The translations under genes were made by a program, and so were the position numbers. Below the pieces are notes generated by a model. It saw only the letters and a list, made by a program, of their open reading frames with translations, was not told the DNA's origin and made no database searches. 64,000 nucleotides of DNA from Obrimoposthia wandeli (taxonomy: Eukaryota), in assembly GCA_977020255.1 (NCBI GenBank), contig CDROCS010000864.1, forward strand, positions 1 through 64,000. Reading direction: 5' to 3'. Below are positions 42,486 through 52,051 of this stretch, piece after piece (position 1 is the stretch's first letter; the number at the start of each line of letters is the position of its first letter).

Positions 42486-42597
42486 TAAGATGCGTTAACG
42501 TCTGCCTTGGTAGATGGTTGATCACGCACCTCTAATTCTGCACGCCCTGATTCTGGAACCCAATATTTTATATAGTTGTATATTAAGGATTTAAACC

Positions 42598-43251
42598 ATG
42601 AATCAGTCTTTACTTTCCCCTTTTGGCGACGCAATAACACGTGTTGAAACCGCACTAACGGCATTACGTTTAGGCAAAGGGGTTTTAGTTGTTGATGATG
42701 AAGACCGCGAAAATGAAGGCGATATGGTCTATGCGGCTGAGTCGCTAACCAATGAACAAATGGCGTTACTTATCCGTGAAGGCAGTGGTATCGTTTGTGT
42801 TTGTTTACCCGACGAGCGCGTAAAACATTTAGAACTAGCGCCAATGGTTGAGAATAACTCTAGCCAATACGGCACCGCGTTTACGGTCAGTATTGAAGCC
42901 GCAGTGGGAGTGACAACCGGTGTGTCCGCTGCAGATCGAGTGACTACGATTAAAGCTGCTATTGCTGATGACGCCATGCCAAGCGACCTTGCTCGTCCAG
43001 GCCATGTTTACCCGTTACGCGCACAACCTGGTGGTGTATTAACACGTCGTGGTCATACCGAAGGCACTATCGATTTAATGAAACTTGCAGGTCTAAAACC
43101 AGCAGGCGTATTATGCGAAGTAACCAATCCTGACGGCACCATGGCGCGTTTACCTGAAATCATTACCTTTGGTGAAAAGCACGACTTACCGGTATTAACC
43201 ATTGAAGATATTGTTACTTATCGTAACGCACTGTTAGAACAAGTAAGTTAA
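42598..43251 (+). CDS. ribB: 3,4-dihydroxy-2-butanone-4-phosphate synthase
   Basis: [17 protein letters not shown]. Confidence 0.97.
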   Translation: MNQSLLSPFGDAITRVETALTALRLGKGVLVVDDEDRENEGDMVYAAESLTNEQMALLIREGSGIVCVCLPDERVKHLELAPMVENNSSQYGTAFTVSIEAAVGVTTGVSAADRVTTIKAAIADDAMPSDLARPGHVYPLRAQPGGVLTRRGHTEGTIDLMKLAGLKPAGVLCEVTNPDGTMARLPEIITFGEKHDLPVLTIEDIVTYRNALLEQVS

Positions 43252-43261
43252 GACATAAAAG

Positions 43262-43295
43262 AAAGGCACTGTAGATTAACCTACAGTGCCTTTTT
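43262..43295. terminator. Terminator after ribB
   Basis: AAAGGCACTGTAG...CTACAGTGCCTTTTT. Confidence 0.85.
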
Positions 43296-43343
43296 AAGCG
43301 TTATTCTGAGCGTTTATTCAAACACAATAAGCTGAATATTAAA

Positions 43344-43787
43344 TTAGCTAGTTGTGCCCGGTATTTTGCTATCAGCGTTAATTTTAGCTTCAACCTTGTC
43401 AATTTTGTGCATCGCCACTTTAATAAAGAACACCATAAACAACAAATCGTTTAAACCGTAAATAGTATAAAAAATACCAGCAAAAAGATCTGTTTCATAC
43501 AAGGTAAATAGGCTATTTGTTGCTAGCCAATACACCCATGCACTCACGTAAACCAGCTTTTCAACCGCAAACACCGACACTAACAAACGGATACTCCCCT
43601 TCGTCATAGCGGCAGCAAAGTAAGCCAGTCCCCATACTATAATCATCACTAAACCAAAGTTAGACATGACAACCGGGTCAGCTTCATTAATGGCGCTATT
43701 ACTAAATAATTTCGAAAATGTCAGCACTCCGGCAATATTGGCCAAGGCCGCTAATATAAGGCCGTATTTAATTACTCTGCTATTCAT
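43344..43787 (-). CDS. Hypothetical four-helix membrane protein
   Basis: Four hydrophobic segments. Confidence 0.75.
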   Translation of the reverse strand: MNSRVIKYGLILAALANIAGVLTFSKLFSNSAINEADPVVMSNFGLVMIIVWGLAYFAAAMTKGSIRLLVSVFAVEKLVYVSAWVYWLATNSLFTLYETDLFAGIFYTIYGLNDLLFMVFFIKVAMHKIDKVEAKINADSKIPGTTS

Positions 43788-43917
43788 GATGATTTCCTTA
43801 TTAAGTTTCGATATAAATGTCTCGGTTTATGACAATAATATAAAACATAAAATCCGATTTTATTTATAAAAAATCATTAAAATTTAATAAAGATCACAAC
43901 AATAACCTAATTATTTA

Positions 43918-44883
43918 TCATTTCACCTTGGGTTCAGCTACTTGTTTAAAGTCAAAAATGAGATCTTGTGAAACAGGTAATATCAGCTCTTTGAATTGCT
44001 CTGCAGGATCAGGGATAATTAAACTATCAAATTGCACCGGATCATCGCCGACGGCACTACAACTAAACGCTACGGTATAATTCCCTGATGGCAAGTAACC
44101 AAAAGCATAATTACCGGTAACGGCATCAACAGATGTCGATGCATAAGGAATAGATGATCCAATGACAGGTGAGGTGCCATTAAAGGCATCGTCAGTAGCA
44201 TCAAAATTATCCACCAGTTTAGTCTTATCTACAACATCACCAGCATATAAATATACAAAATTGCCTGTTGTAGCATCACAAGTTCCAGCTTCAAGTAAAA
44301 TCGCTTCCACATTACCACTCAGTGAAGCAGCCTTATCAGTATCAACAATCTTCACACCATGTGGTTTCAAGATGTAGCCATTATTATTAGCGCTATTACC
44401 GCGCAGCACCAGAGATTGGCGCAAATCAAACTCAATGGTAAATGCCTGCACTGCTTCATCAATAACGGTAAAACTACCTAGTGTTAATTTATTACTGGGT
44501 TGTTTTAAATCTTCTTCTACACCAGGCGCCGTTATTTTAATGACATAATTAAGCGCTTTTTCAGGCTTGATATGAATGATTAAATTTTTATATTCACCGG
44601 TACGCAAAGCGATATCACTAATTATCAATGCCGATTGAGTACCTGGATAATCTAATAAATTGATTTGTTCATAACCCGGGATATCGTGAAAAATGCGTTC
44701 GCCGTCAGCATGAACAAACTCAAGTTGATCAAAAGCAATTACCACGGCTGATAAACCTTCAACAGGGGCATCGGAAACAGAAAAAGAAACATTGGAATAC
44801 GAGGTATCATCATTATCGCCACCGCAAGCAGCAACCAACAATGAAGATGATACAACAAGCATACAAGATTTAATGAATTTCAA
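43918..44883 (-). CDS. DUF4382-like lipoprotein
   Basis: VAAC lipobox; SVSDAPV, FTIEFDLRQSL, GYILKP; likely TTG start at 44883. Confidence 0.8.
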   Translation of the reverse strand: MKFIKSCMLVVSSSLLVAACGGDNDDTSYSNVSFSVSDAPVEGLSAVVIAFDQLEFVHADGERIFHDIPGYEQINLLDYPGTQSALIISDIALRTGEYKNLIIHIKPEKALNYVIKITAPGVEEDLKQPSNKLTLGSFTVIDEAVQAFTIEFDLRQSLVLRGNSANNNGYILKPHGVKIVDTDKAASLSGNVEAILLEAGTCDATTGNFVYLYAGDVVDKTKLVDNFDATDDAFNGTSPVIGSSIPYASTSVDAVTGNYAFGYLPSGNYTVAFSCSAVGDDPVQFDSLIIPDPAEQFKELILPVSQDLIFDFKQVAEPKVK

Positions 44884-44961
44884 AACATCACCCGTTAATA
44901 AAGAAATATATATCAACTATAGCCAGTGACGCGACATATATCACTTAATCCGAATAATATT

Positions 44962-47358
44962 TTAACATAAATTCACTGTTTTTATTTTATCGAAAAAGGC
45001 CGTTATCGCGCTTGCTTCCAACGGTTTACTAAAGTAATAGCCTTGACCATATTCACAATTGTGTTGTTGCAAAAATGACAATTGAGATGGCGTTTCAATA
45101 CCTTCGGCCACCACAGCTAAATTCATGTTGTGTGACATGGTCATAATAGTTTCAATTAAAATATCATCGCGCGCATGACCAATCTCATTAATAAATGAAC
45201 GGTCAATCTTAATTTTGTCTAAAGTGATACGCGATAAGTAACTTAAACTTGAGTAACCAGTGCCAAAATCATCCAAAGCAATTTTAATACCCATGGTTCT
45301 AAATTGAGCAATTTTATCTAACGCATTATCACCACCATCAAGTAACACGGATTCAGTGATCTCGAGGGTAAGTTGCTCTGGAGTCACGCCATGTTGCGTT
45401 AACGCCTCTTCGATAACTTGAATAAGACCATTATCTTGTAGCTGTATTGGTGATAAATTCACCGCAACTTCGTCGATATCAATTCGTTCATCGGCGCTCC
45501 ATTGCGCTAATTGACGAATCGCTTCACATACAACCCATCGACCAATCTCGATAATCATCCCCGTTCTTTCAGCTAACTCAATAAACTGTAATGGTTGCAC
45601 TAATCCTCGTGTTGGATGTTGCCAGCGTACCAGCGCTTCAGCTAACCCATACTTACCGGTTTTTAAATTAATAATAGGCTGATAATGTAAACGTAATTCA
45701 TCGCGAGAGATTGCTTGACGCAGTTCAACTTCCAATTCGAAAAGTGCATGCCCTGCCGTTTCCATTTCAGGCTTGAAATAATTAATCTGATGAGTCTGAT
45801 TATCACCGGTTTTTTCAACAGCTAGATCAGCAAAATGCAGCAATTTACTTGCATCTTTAATCTTACATTCTTGGCTGATGACCACGCCGCAACGTGCTTG
45901 ACAGGCATGAGTAATCGCGCCTATTTCAATTGGCTTACAAATCGTATCTAAAATGTATTTGATTCTATTTTCTAATAACTCCCGCTTGTTATACGGTAAA
46001 ATCAATACAAACTCATCACCACACCAACGGCTGACTTCTTCATATTCTCGACATAATACCGTTAATCTATTGGCTATTTCGATTAATAACGCATCGCCAA
46101 TATCATGACCGAATCTGTCATTCAACACACCAAAATTATCAATATCAATCAGCACTAATGCAAAGGGTAAATGCTGCTCGGACAAGCGGTTTTCAATGCT
46201 ACTTAATAACGCATAACGATTGGGTAATTGGGTCAATTGATCAAGGTAAACTAAACGCTTTAATTCTTTTCGCTGTTTTTTCTGTTCTGCAATAACTAAA
46301 TTAAAATGATCAGATAAATCAGATAACTCGTTATCATATCGAGATGGATTAGTGTTCAATGGGGTCTTTCTTACTGCATCATCATCTCCAAGATGTTCTG
46401 AGACAAAACCTTTAGCATTATCCAGTAACTGATAAATTGGCGTAATAATTTTAACGCGTAGCCCCCAGAACAACACGAAACTTAAAGTAATAACGCTGAA
46501 TAATAAGGTGAATATACTCTGCTCTAACTTCGCATAAGCATTGCCATAAGCACTGTTTAACGGTAGTGCTATGATCACCGACGCATTCGCAGTGCCTTGC
46601 GCAGAAAACATCGGTTTATAAGCAACTAAATAAGGAATGTCGTCTACCGACGTGACTTCATAAACCCCTTCTTTCTCTGGCAATGTCTCAGTCATGATAA
46701 GCGCTAAATTATCTTTCGCTCTGGTAATACCATAATGTGAAGCAATAACATCAGCATCGCCATCGACAATAAAAGCGGCACCATCTTTCGGAAAAAAATC
46801 ATCGGTTAATTGCTTACTCCACCATTCAAGCGATATAACCGCCACTGCAGCAGCAATAATTTGCTTATCATTACCGTAGACTGGTACCGAAAAGTTCATT
46901 GAAGCGAGATCACTGGCTCTATCGTGTTGAAATTGACTCATTGAAAACGCCCCATTTTCAATGGTATTACGAAAATAGGCTCGATCCCCCACATTTACAA
47001 CCTGCTCTAATGGCAGTGCATTACACAACAGATCACCATTAGCCAATGGCACGCCGATATTAGTAAAAAGTGGATTCATACGTTGCACTCGCGCAACAAA
47101 AACAGAACAGAGCGGGTCTTTAGGATCTTGAAGGGCACTTTCTTGGGCTAACTTAAATAAGATAGCCTTGGTATAATTAATCTTATTCTGCTGCTGAGTA
47201 ATAACTTTTTCGGCAAATTGAAATGCGTCATTACGTATTTTTTGCTTTTCTGTACTAAAAGCATACCAAATATTATATGACATCAATGCTAATGTGGGGA
47301 TCAATGCAATCGTTAAAATAATAAAAAATTTAGATACCATAGGTCGGATTATCAGCAA
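44962..47358 (-). CDS. Cache-sensor GGDEF-EAL protein, likely c-di-GMP phosphodiesterase
   Basis: Two TM helices around a periplasmic Cache-like domain; degenerate WCGDEF; EAL, DDFGTGYSSL, VAEGIE intact. Confidence 0.9.
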   Translation of the reverse strand: MLIIRPMVSKFFIILTIALIPTLALMSYNIWYAFSTEKQKIRNDAFQFAEKVITQQQNKINYTKAILFKLAQESALQDPKDPLCSVFVARVQRMNPLFTNIGVPLANGDLLCNALPLEQVVNVGDRAYFRNTIENGAFSMSQFQHDRASDLASMNFSVPVYGNDKQIIAAAVAVISLEWWSKQLTDDFFPKDGAAFIVDGDADVIASHYGITRAKDNLALIMTETLPEKEGVYEVTSVDDIPYLVAYKPMFSAQGTANASVIIALPLNSAYGNAYAKLEQSIFTLLFSVITLSFVLFWGLRVKIITPIYQLLDNAKGFVSEHLGDDDAVRKTPLNTNPSRYDNELSDLSDHFNLVIAEQKKQRKELKRLVYLDQLTQLPNRYALLSSIENRLSEQHLPFALVLIDIDNFGVLNDRFGHDIGDALLIEIANRLTVLCREYEEVSRWCGDEFVLILPYNKRELLENRIKYILDTICKPIEIGAITHACQARCGVVISQECKIKDASKLLHFADLAVEKTGDNQTHQINYFKPEMETAGHALFELEVELRQAISRDELRLHYQPIINLKTGKYGLAEALVRWQHPTRGLVQPLQFIELAERTGMIIEIGRWVVCEAIRQLAQWSADERIDIDEVAVNLSPIQLQDNGLIQVIEEALTQHGVTPEQLTLEITESVLLDGGDNALDKIAQFRTMGIKIALDDFGTGYSSLSYLSRITLDKIKIDRSFINEIGHARDDILIETIMTMSHNMNLAVVAEGIETPSQLSFLQQHNCEYGQGYYFSKPLEASAITAFFDKIKTVNLC

Positions 47359-47559
47359 AGCATTCCCTTTGACTAACGTTTACTGCAATCTCAGTAATCG
47401 TTAACCATAAATAGATTTATAATTATTAAGGGTTACAGTCTACCGACAGCAAGGAGATATGTGAATATCAATAGCTTATTTAACAACGAATAAGATCACA
47501 TCAATAAGTATTGATAAGGTTTAATTGTGGCTTATAAAATATTAATACCATTAATTATC

Positions 47560-47676
47560 TTATTTCTTAACCAGCTTGATTGAATGACGGCTATAACTAA
47601 CAATACTGTTAACAAAAAACAAGCATGGCAGAATCATTATAAAAACCGCCAGTAGTGCATAATAATAGAAAGCCAT
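47560..47676 (-). CDS. Candidate 38-aa single-TM small protein
   Basis: AAGGGA then ATG; MAFYYYALLAVFIMILPCLFFVNSIVSYSRHSIKLVKK. Confidence 0.4.
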   Translation of the reverse strand: MAFYYYALLAVFIMILPCLFFVNSIVSYSRHSIKLVKK

Positions 47677-47903
47677 AAAATTCCCTTTTCGGTCAGTATT
47701 GAAAAATAATGTTAAATCCGTTAACAAACCAGATACTACCAATAATTGGTTAGTTTTATAGTGTTAGTTCGGAAATAATAATTTTTCAATTCAGTTTTGT
47801 AGGAAAGGTCACATTTCATTATGCGGTGCTATGACCATTCTCATAACACCACTTCTTCCATAGTTAATTACATATTCGTAATATTGCCAGCTACAAATTC
47901 CAG

Positions 47904-50420
47904 TTACATAGTCCGCCTAATTAACGTTACGCTCGACATATTCAACAAACGCCAACAACTCAGTAAACCAATCAGACCAACAAAACTCGCGCCAGCGCCT
48001 ATACCTAATAACCAATATTGAAAGTGGAACGAACCTGGCATATCAAAGATACGACTTTGTAAAATATATACACCCAGCTCCATGGCAATACTTGCCATTA
48101 ACCCAGCGAGCGCACCCAAGGCGACAAATTCAAATAACACACTATTACGTAGTAAGCGTCCACTCGCGCCTAATGTCCTTAAAATGGCGAGCTCGCGTTC
48201 ACGCTCTTCCATACTCGCTTGCACTTGAGCCACTAATACCAAACTGCCAGCAAGCACCACCAGCAACAGAATAAATTCAATCGCGATAGAAACTTGCCCT
48301 ATGACACTGCGTAACTGAGTGATAATGGCATCTACATCGATCAAGGTAATAGTCGGATACTGCGTTAAGAAATCTTGCAGTGCATCGGTAGCGTCATCCG
48401 GTACATATAACGATGAAATATAGGTAGCAGGGAAATCAGCCAGCACATGTTGGTTAAAGATCATGTAAAAGTTAGGTTGCAATGTTTGCCAATTGACCTT
48501 ACGGATACTACTCACCATCACCAACACTTCTTCACTGCCCAGCTGGAATGTTAAGTTATCGCCAATTTCGACAGCTAACTTATCCGCTAAGGTCGATTCA
48601 ATCGATACCAGCGCACGGGTATCTTCAGGCTGCCACCAGCTGCCAGCGATTAAGCTGTTTTCATAAGGCAAGCCATCACGCCAAGTCATGTTTAGCTCTC
48701 GCCCTACCCCACGGCGGCCATTATCAGCCGATTTGGTTTCTTCCTTACTCACGCGCTTAGTCACTTGGTCATTATTAATTTTGGTTAATCGACCACGTAC
48801 CACAGGAAACAGGCCACTGGATTCAATGCCTAACGAATCAACAAAATTATTCACTGGCTCAACTTGAGTGGCTGTAATATTAACGAGAAATCGGTTAGCA
48901 CTGTTATCCGGTAATTGTTGCTGCCAATCGTCAATCAAACCATTCTTCATCACCACGATAATAAGCAGTAATTGAATGGCAATCGTGAAACTAATCAACT
49001 GCACCGCATTTTCATTAGCACGACGTTTTAAATTAGCGAGTGCCAAATGCCAAGATTTACCCGCTTTACTGCCCGCCGAACGCCCTGCAGACATAAACAA
49101 GCGACCAATCACTAACAGCACTAATGCCACCAGCATGCCACCAATTAATAATGCTGCACTAAGCACTGCATCTTGGCTAAATAAATACAATAACGTGAAA
49201 ATGGCGAATAACGAGGGTAGCGGACTCATTAACCGTGTGAACAAACTGCTCGCAGCGTTATTATCACGACCGCGTAGCAGCATCATAGGCGAAGTCTGTA
49301 CTAACTCTCTTAATGGCGTAATAGCAAATGCAAAGGCGCAAATAATACCGGTGACAATCGCGACTAAGAACGGATATGCCATGTTGCCTGTTGTCGAGGT
49401 ATCAAGATAATCACGCATCGCGTACAAGCCGAGGTTTAATATTAGATAGCCAACAATCAAGCCTAAACTAATACTTAATACACTTAATAACGACCAATGT
49501 AGGCAATACAGTTTCGACACATAACGTTTAGATGCGCCCATGGCTTTAAACACAGCAACAACGGATTGATGGCGCTGGCTATAACGACGGCTTGCTACAG
49601 CAACCGCAACGGACGCTAAAACAATACCCAGCATACTGGCGAGTGATAAGTATTTATCGGCTTTGCTTAGGGCTCTCGCTAACGGAGAATTCTGTGATTT
49701 AATATCATACCAACGCTGGTTATCACTTAACTGTGGTGTGAACCATTGCTCAAATGCAGTGATATTGTCGGCTTCTCCAGCGAACAAATACTTATAACTT
49801 AATCGGCTACCGGGTTGGATCAATTCAGTCTTCTGTATATCGTGATTATTAATAAACACCACTGGACCCGAACTAAAGACACTAAACGACGCATCCGGTA
49901 TTTGCGTGATGATCCCGGTGACTTTAAAGCGCATTACCCCGACTTCAATACTGTCACCCAGCGCTATCCCTAACTGTCTTAAGCCTTTTGCCTCTAACCA
50001 AGCTTCACCTGATTTTGGCGAATTTGACGCGACGGCTTCACTGGCATCTAATGACGGACTCACCAATAACTCACCACGCAATGGATAGGTATCCGATACC
50101 GCAGACAAAGCTGACAATGCCATTTTTTCATCCGTAAACACCATCGATGACATTTGGATCTGCTGAGCTTGGATTAATTCTAAACTGGTGGCTTTGGCTA
50201 ATACCGTAGGGTCAATAACACTGCCGGTATCCAATACCCTGTCGGCAGCAATAAAGGTACTACTCTCCGCGGTTAATGCTTGTTTCACACGGCTAGAAAA
50301 ACCTGATAACGCAAATACCGCAGACACAGCTAACACAATAGCCAATAAGATAATGGTTAGCTCACCGCGCTTTAACTCGTGTTTTAATAAACGCAGGGAA
50401 TGTTTGTGCCAATAACTCAT
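47904..50420 (-). CDS. ybbP: ABC transporter permease, YbbP-like (two FtsX modules)
   Basis: FIAADRVL, PDASF, LFPVVRGRL, QPNFY. Confidence 0.92.
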   Translation of the reverse strand: MSYWHKHSLRLLKHELKRGELTIILLAIVLAVSAVFALSGFSSRVKQALTAESSTFIAADRVLDTGSVIDPTVLAKATSLELIQAQQIQMSSMVFTDEKMALSALSAVSDTYPLRGELLVSPSLDASEAVASNSPKSGEAWLEAKGLRQLGIALGDSIEVGVMRFKVTGIITQIPDASFSVFSSGPVVFINNHDIQKTELIQPGSRLSYKYLFAGEADNITAFEQWFTPQLSDNQRWYDIKSQNSPLARALSKADKYLSLASMLGIVLASVAVAVASRRYSQRHQSVVAVFKAMGASKRYVSKLYCLHWSLLSVLSISLGLIVGYLILNLGLYAMRDYLDTSTTGNMAYPFLVAIVTGIICAFAFAITPLRELVQTSPMMLLRGRDNNAASSLFTRLMSPLPSLFAIFTLLYLFSQDAVLSAALLIGGMLVALVLLVIGRLFMSAGRSAGSKAGKSWHLALANLKRRANENAVQLISFTIAIQLLLIIVVMKNGLIDDWQQQLPDNSANRFLVNITATQVEPVNNFVDSLGIESSGLFPVVRGRLTKINNDQVTKRVSKEETKSADNGRRGVGRELNMTWRDGLPYENSLIAGSWWQPEDTRALVSIESTLADKLAVEIGDNLTFQLGSEEVLVMVSSIRKVNWQTLQPNFYMIFNQHVLADFPATYISSLYVPDDATDALQDFLTQYPTITLIDVDAIITQLRSVIGQVSIAIEFILLLVVLAGSLVLVAQVQASMEERERELAILRTLGASGRLLRNSVLFEFVALGALAGLMASIAMELGVYILQSRIFDMPGSFHFQYWLLGIGAGASFVGLIGLLSCWRLLNMSSVTLIRRTM

Positions 50421-51163
50421 AACGATGTACTCAGCGACGGCTTGATAGCTGAAGGCTCTGTACCTAAAGGCTCGTCAGTGACAGTTTCTGTTAACTGGCC
50501 ACTTTCCATGGTCACTTGGCGCTGACAACGCGCAGCTAATTTCGGATCATGTGTCACGAGAATCAACGTAGTGCCCTGCTGTTTGTTAATTTCAAACAAC
50601 AAATCGGCAATGTGTGAGCCGGTTTTTGTATCTAAGTTACCCGTCGGCTCATCGGCAAATAAAATATCCGGTTTAGAAATAAATGCACGGGCAATAGCAA
50701 CACGCTGTTGTTCGCCACCCGACAGCTGTGACGGAAAATGCTCAGCCCTGTCGGCTAAATCAACTTTGGCTAATAATTCCCGCGCCAGTTGCTCAGGGTT
50801 ATCCATTTCGGCTAGCTCTGCCGGTAACATGATATTTTCCAACGCAGTTAAGCTATTGATTAACAAAAACTGCTGGAAAATAAAACCGACGTGTCTCGCG
50901 CGAACCGCACTGCGCTGTTCTTCATTAAATTGGTGCAATGGCTTATTTTTTAGAAAAACTTCACCACTCGAAGGTAAATCTAATCCCGCTATAATAGACA
51001 ATAGGGTAGACTTACCTGAGCCAGACGCGCCAACAATCGCCAATGAATCACCAGCGGCTACCGTTAAATCCATCGGATGTAAGATATCGAGGGTTTTAGC
51101 ATCTGTTTTAACTGATTTAGTTAAGGCACTTACTTTTAATATAACGTCGGAATTTAGCTTCAT
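50417..51163 (-). CDS. ybbA: ABC transporter ATP-binding protein, YbbA-like
   Basis: GASGSGKST, LSGGEQQRV, FADEPTGNLD. Confidence 0.93.
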   Translation of the reverse strand: MKLNSDVILKVSALTKSVKTDAKTLDILHPMDLTVAAGDSLAIVGASGSGKSTLLSIIAGLDLPSSGEVFLKNKPLHQFNEEQRSAVRARHVGFIFQQFLLINSLTALENIMLPAELAEMDNPEQLARELLAKVDLADRAEHFPSQLSGGEQQRVAIARAFISKPDILFADEPTGNLDTKTGSHIADLLFEINKQQGTTLILVTHDPKLAARCQRQVTMESGQLTETVTDEPLGTEPSAIKPSLSTSL

Positions 51164-51797
51164 GTTTAAAAATGCCTTTAAAGTATTATTATTGATGGTT
51201 ATCTTGTTACCTGCAGCACATGCGACAGCTAACCATAAAATTTTGTTATTGGGTGATAGCCTCAGCGCCAGTTATGGTATGACACAAAATGAAGGCTGGG
51301 TAACCCTGCTTAATCAACAGTTATCAAAGCAAAACGCGCCGTATAACATTATCAATGCCAGTATCAGTGGTGAGACTACCGCTGGCGGCTTGTCTCGTTT
51401 ACCGGGTATTTTGGCTAAGCAATCAATTAATGCGCTAATTATCGAACTTGGTGGTAATGACGGTTTACGTGGTTTTCCCCCTAAGCTCATCAAAAGTAAC
51501 TTAACGAAAATGGTGGATTTAGCCCACGCGCAGAATATTCCCGTGTATGTGATGAATATTCGTATTCCACCTAATTATGGCCCACGCTACAGCAAAATGT
51601 TTACCGATGTATTTGCTCAAGTTGGCAGTGAAAAAGACATTACCGTGTTGCCATTTTTTATGGAGCAGATCGCTGTAGATCCAAGCCTGATGCAAAATGA
51701 CGGTATTCACCCGAACCGCTCAGCACAAGCTAAGATTGTCGATATCATGTCAAAACAGTTGGCAAATATTTACAGTGAGCAACTGAGTCAGCAGTAA
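51162..51797 (+). CDS. tesA: Arylesterase/acyl-CoA thioesterase I (GDSL)
   Basis: GDSLS, NASISGETT, ELGGNDGLRG, DGIHP; N-terminal half of the 408-aa track ORF is antisense to ybbA. Confidence 0.93.
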   Translation: MFKNAFKVLLLMVILLPAAHATANHKILLLGDSLSASYGMTQNEGWVTLLNQQLSKQNAPYNIINASISGETTAGGLSRLPGILAKQSINALIIELGGNDGLRGFPPKLIKSNLTKMVDLAHAQNIPVYVMNIRIPPNYGPRYSKMFTDVFAQVGSEKDITVLPFFMEQIAVDPSLMQNDGIHPNRSAQAKIVDIMSKQLANIYSEQLSQQ

Positions 51798-51816
51798 TGT
51801 TAGCACGTCATAGCGA

Positions 51817-51864
51817 CTAACTAATTGCGTAACTAATACCCTAACTAACGCCCTAACGAATAGC
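51817..51864. repeat. Degenerate 12-bp tandem repeat x4
   Basis: CTAACTAATTGC / GTAACTAATACC / CTAACTAACGCC / CTAACGAATAGC. Confidence 0.7.
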
Positions 51865-51964
51865 AGAGAATGTCACGCAACTGGATAAGATAAACCAGTT
51901 TATCTGGTGCTGTCAGGATAGGTTTCACAAATATGGGTAAAGTATTGTCAGGACGCTTTATTTA

Positions 51965-52004
51965 CTCATCCGCTATTCATATCAGAGTATGAATAACGGA
52001 TGAG
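51965..52004. terminator. Hairpin between convergent tesA and polB
   Basis: CTCATCCGCTATTCATA-TCAGAG-TATGAATAACGGATGAG. Confidence 0.65.
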
Positions 52005-52051
52005 AAAGCATGGTTGGAATTAAACATGCTTAGGATTAAACGTGATTAGGC

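Noticed and set aside
47787-47853. 11-codon minus-strand ORF MRMVIAPHNEM after ybbP
   Set aside because: No amino-acid bias or attenuator structure; too short to support
50571-51161. N-terminal 197 aa of the 408-aa plus-strand ORF
   Set aside because: It is the antisense shadow of ybbA; only the part from 51162 resembles TesA
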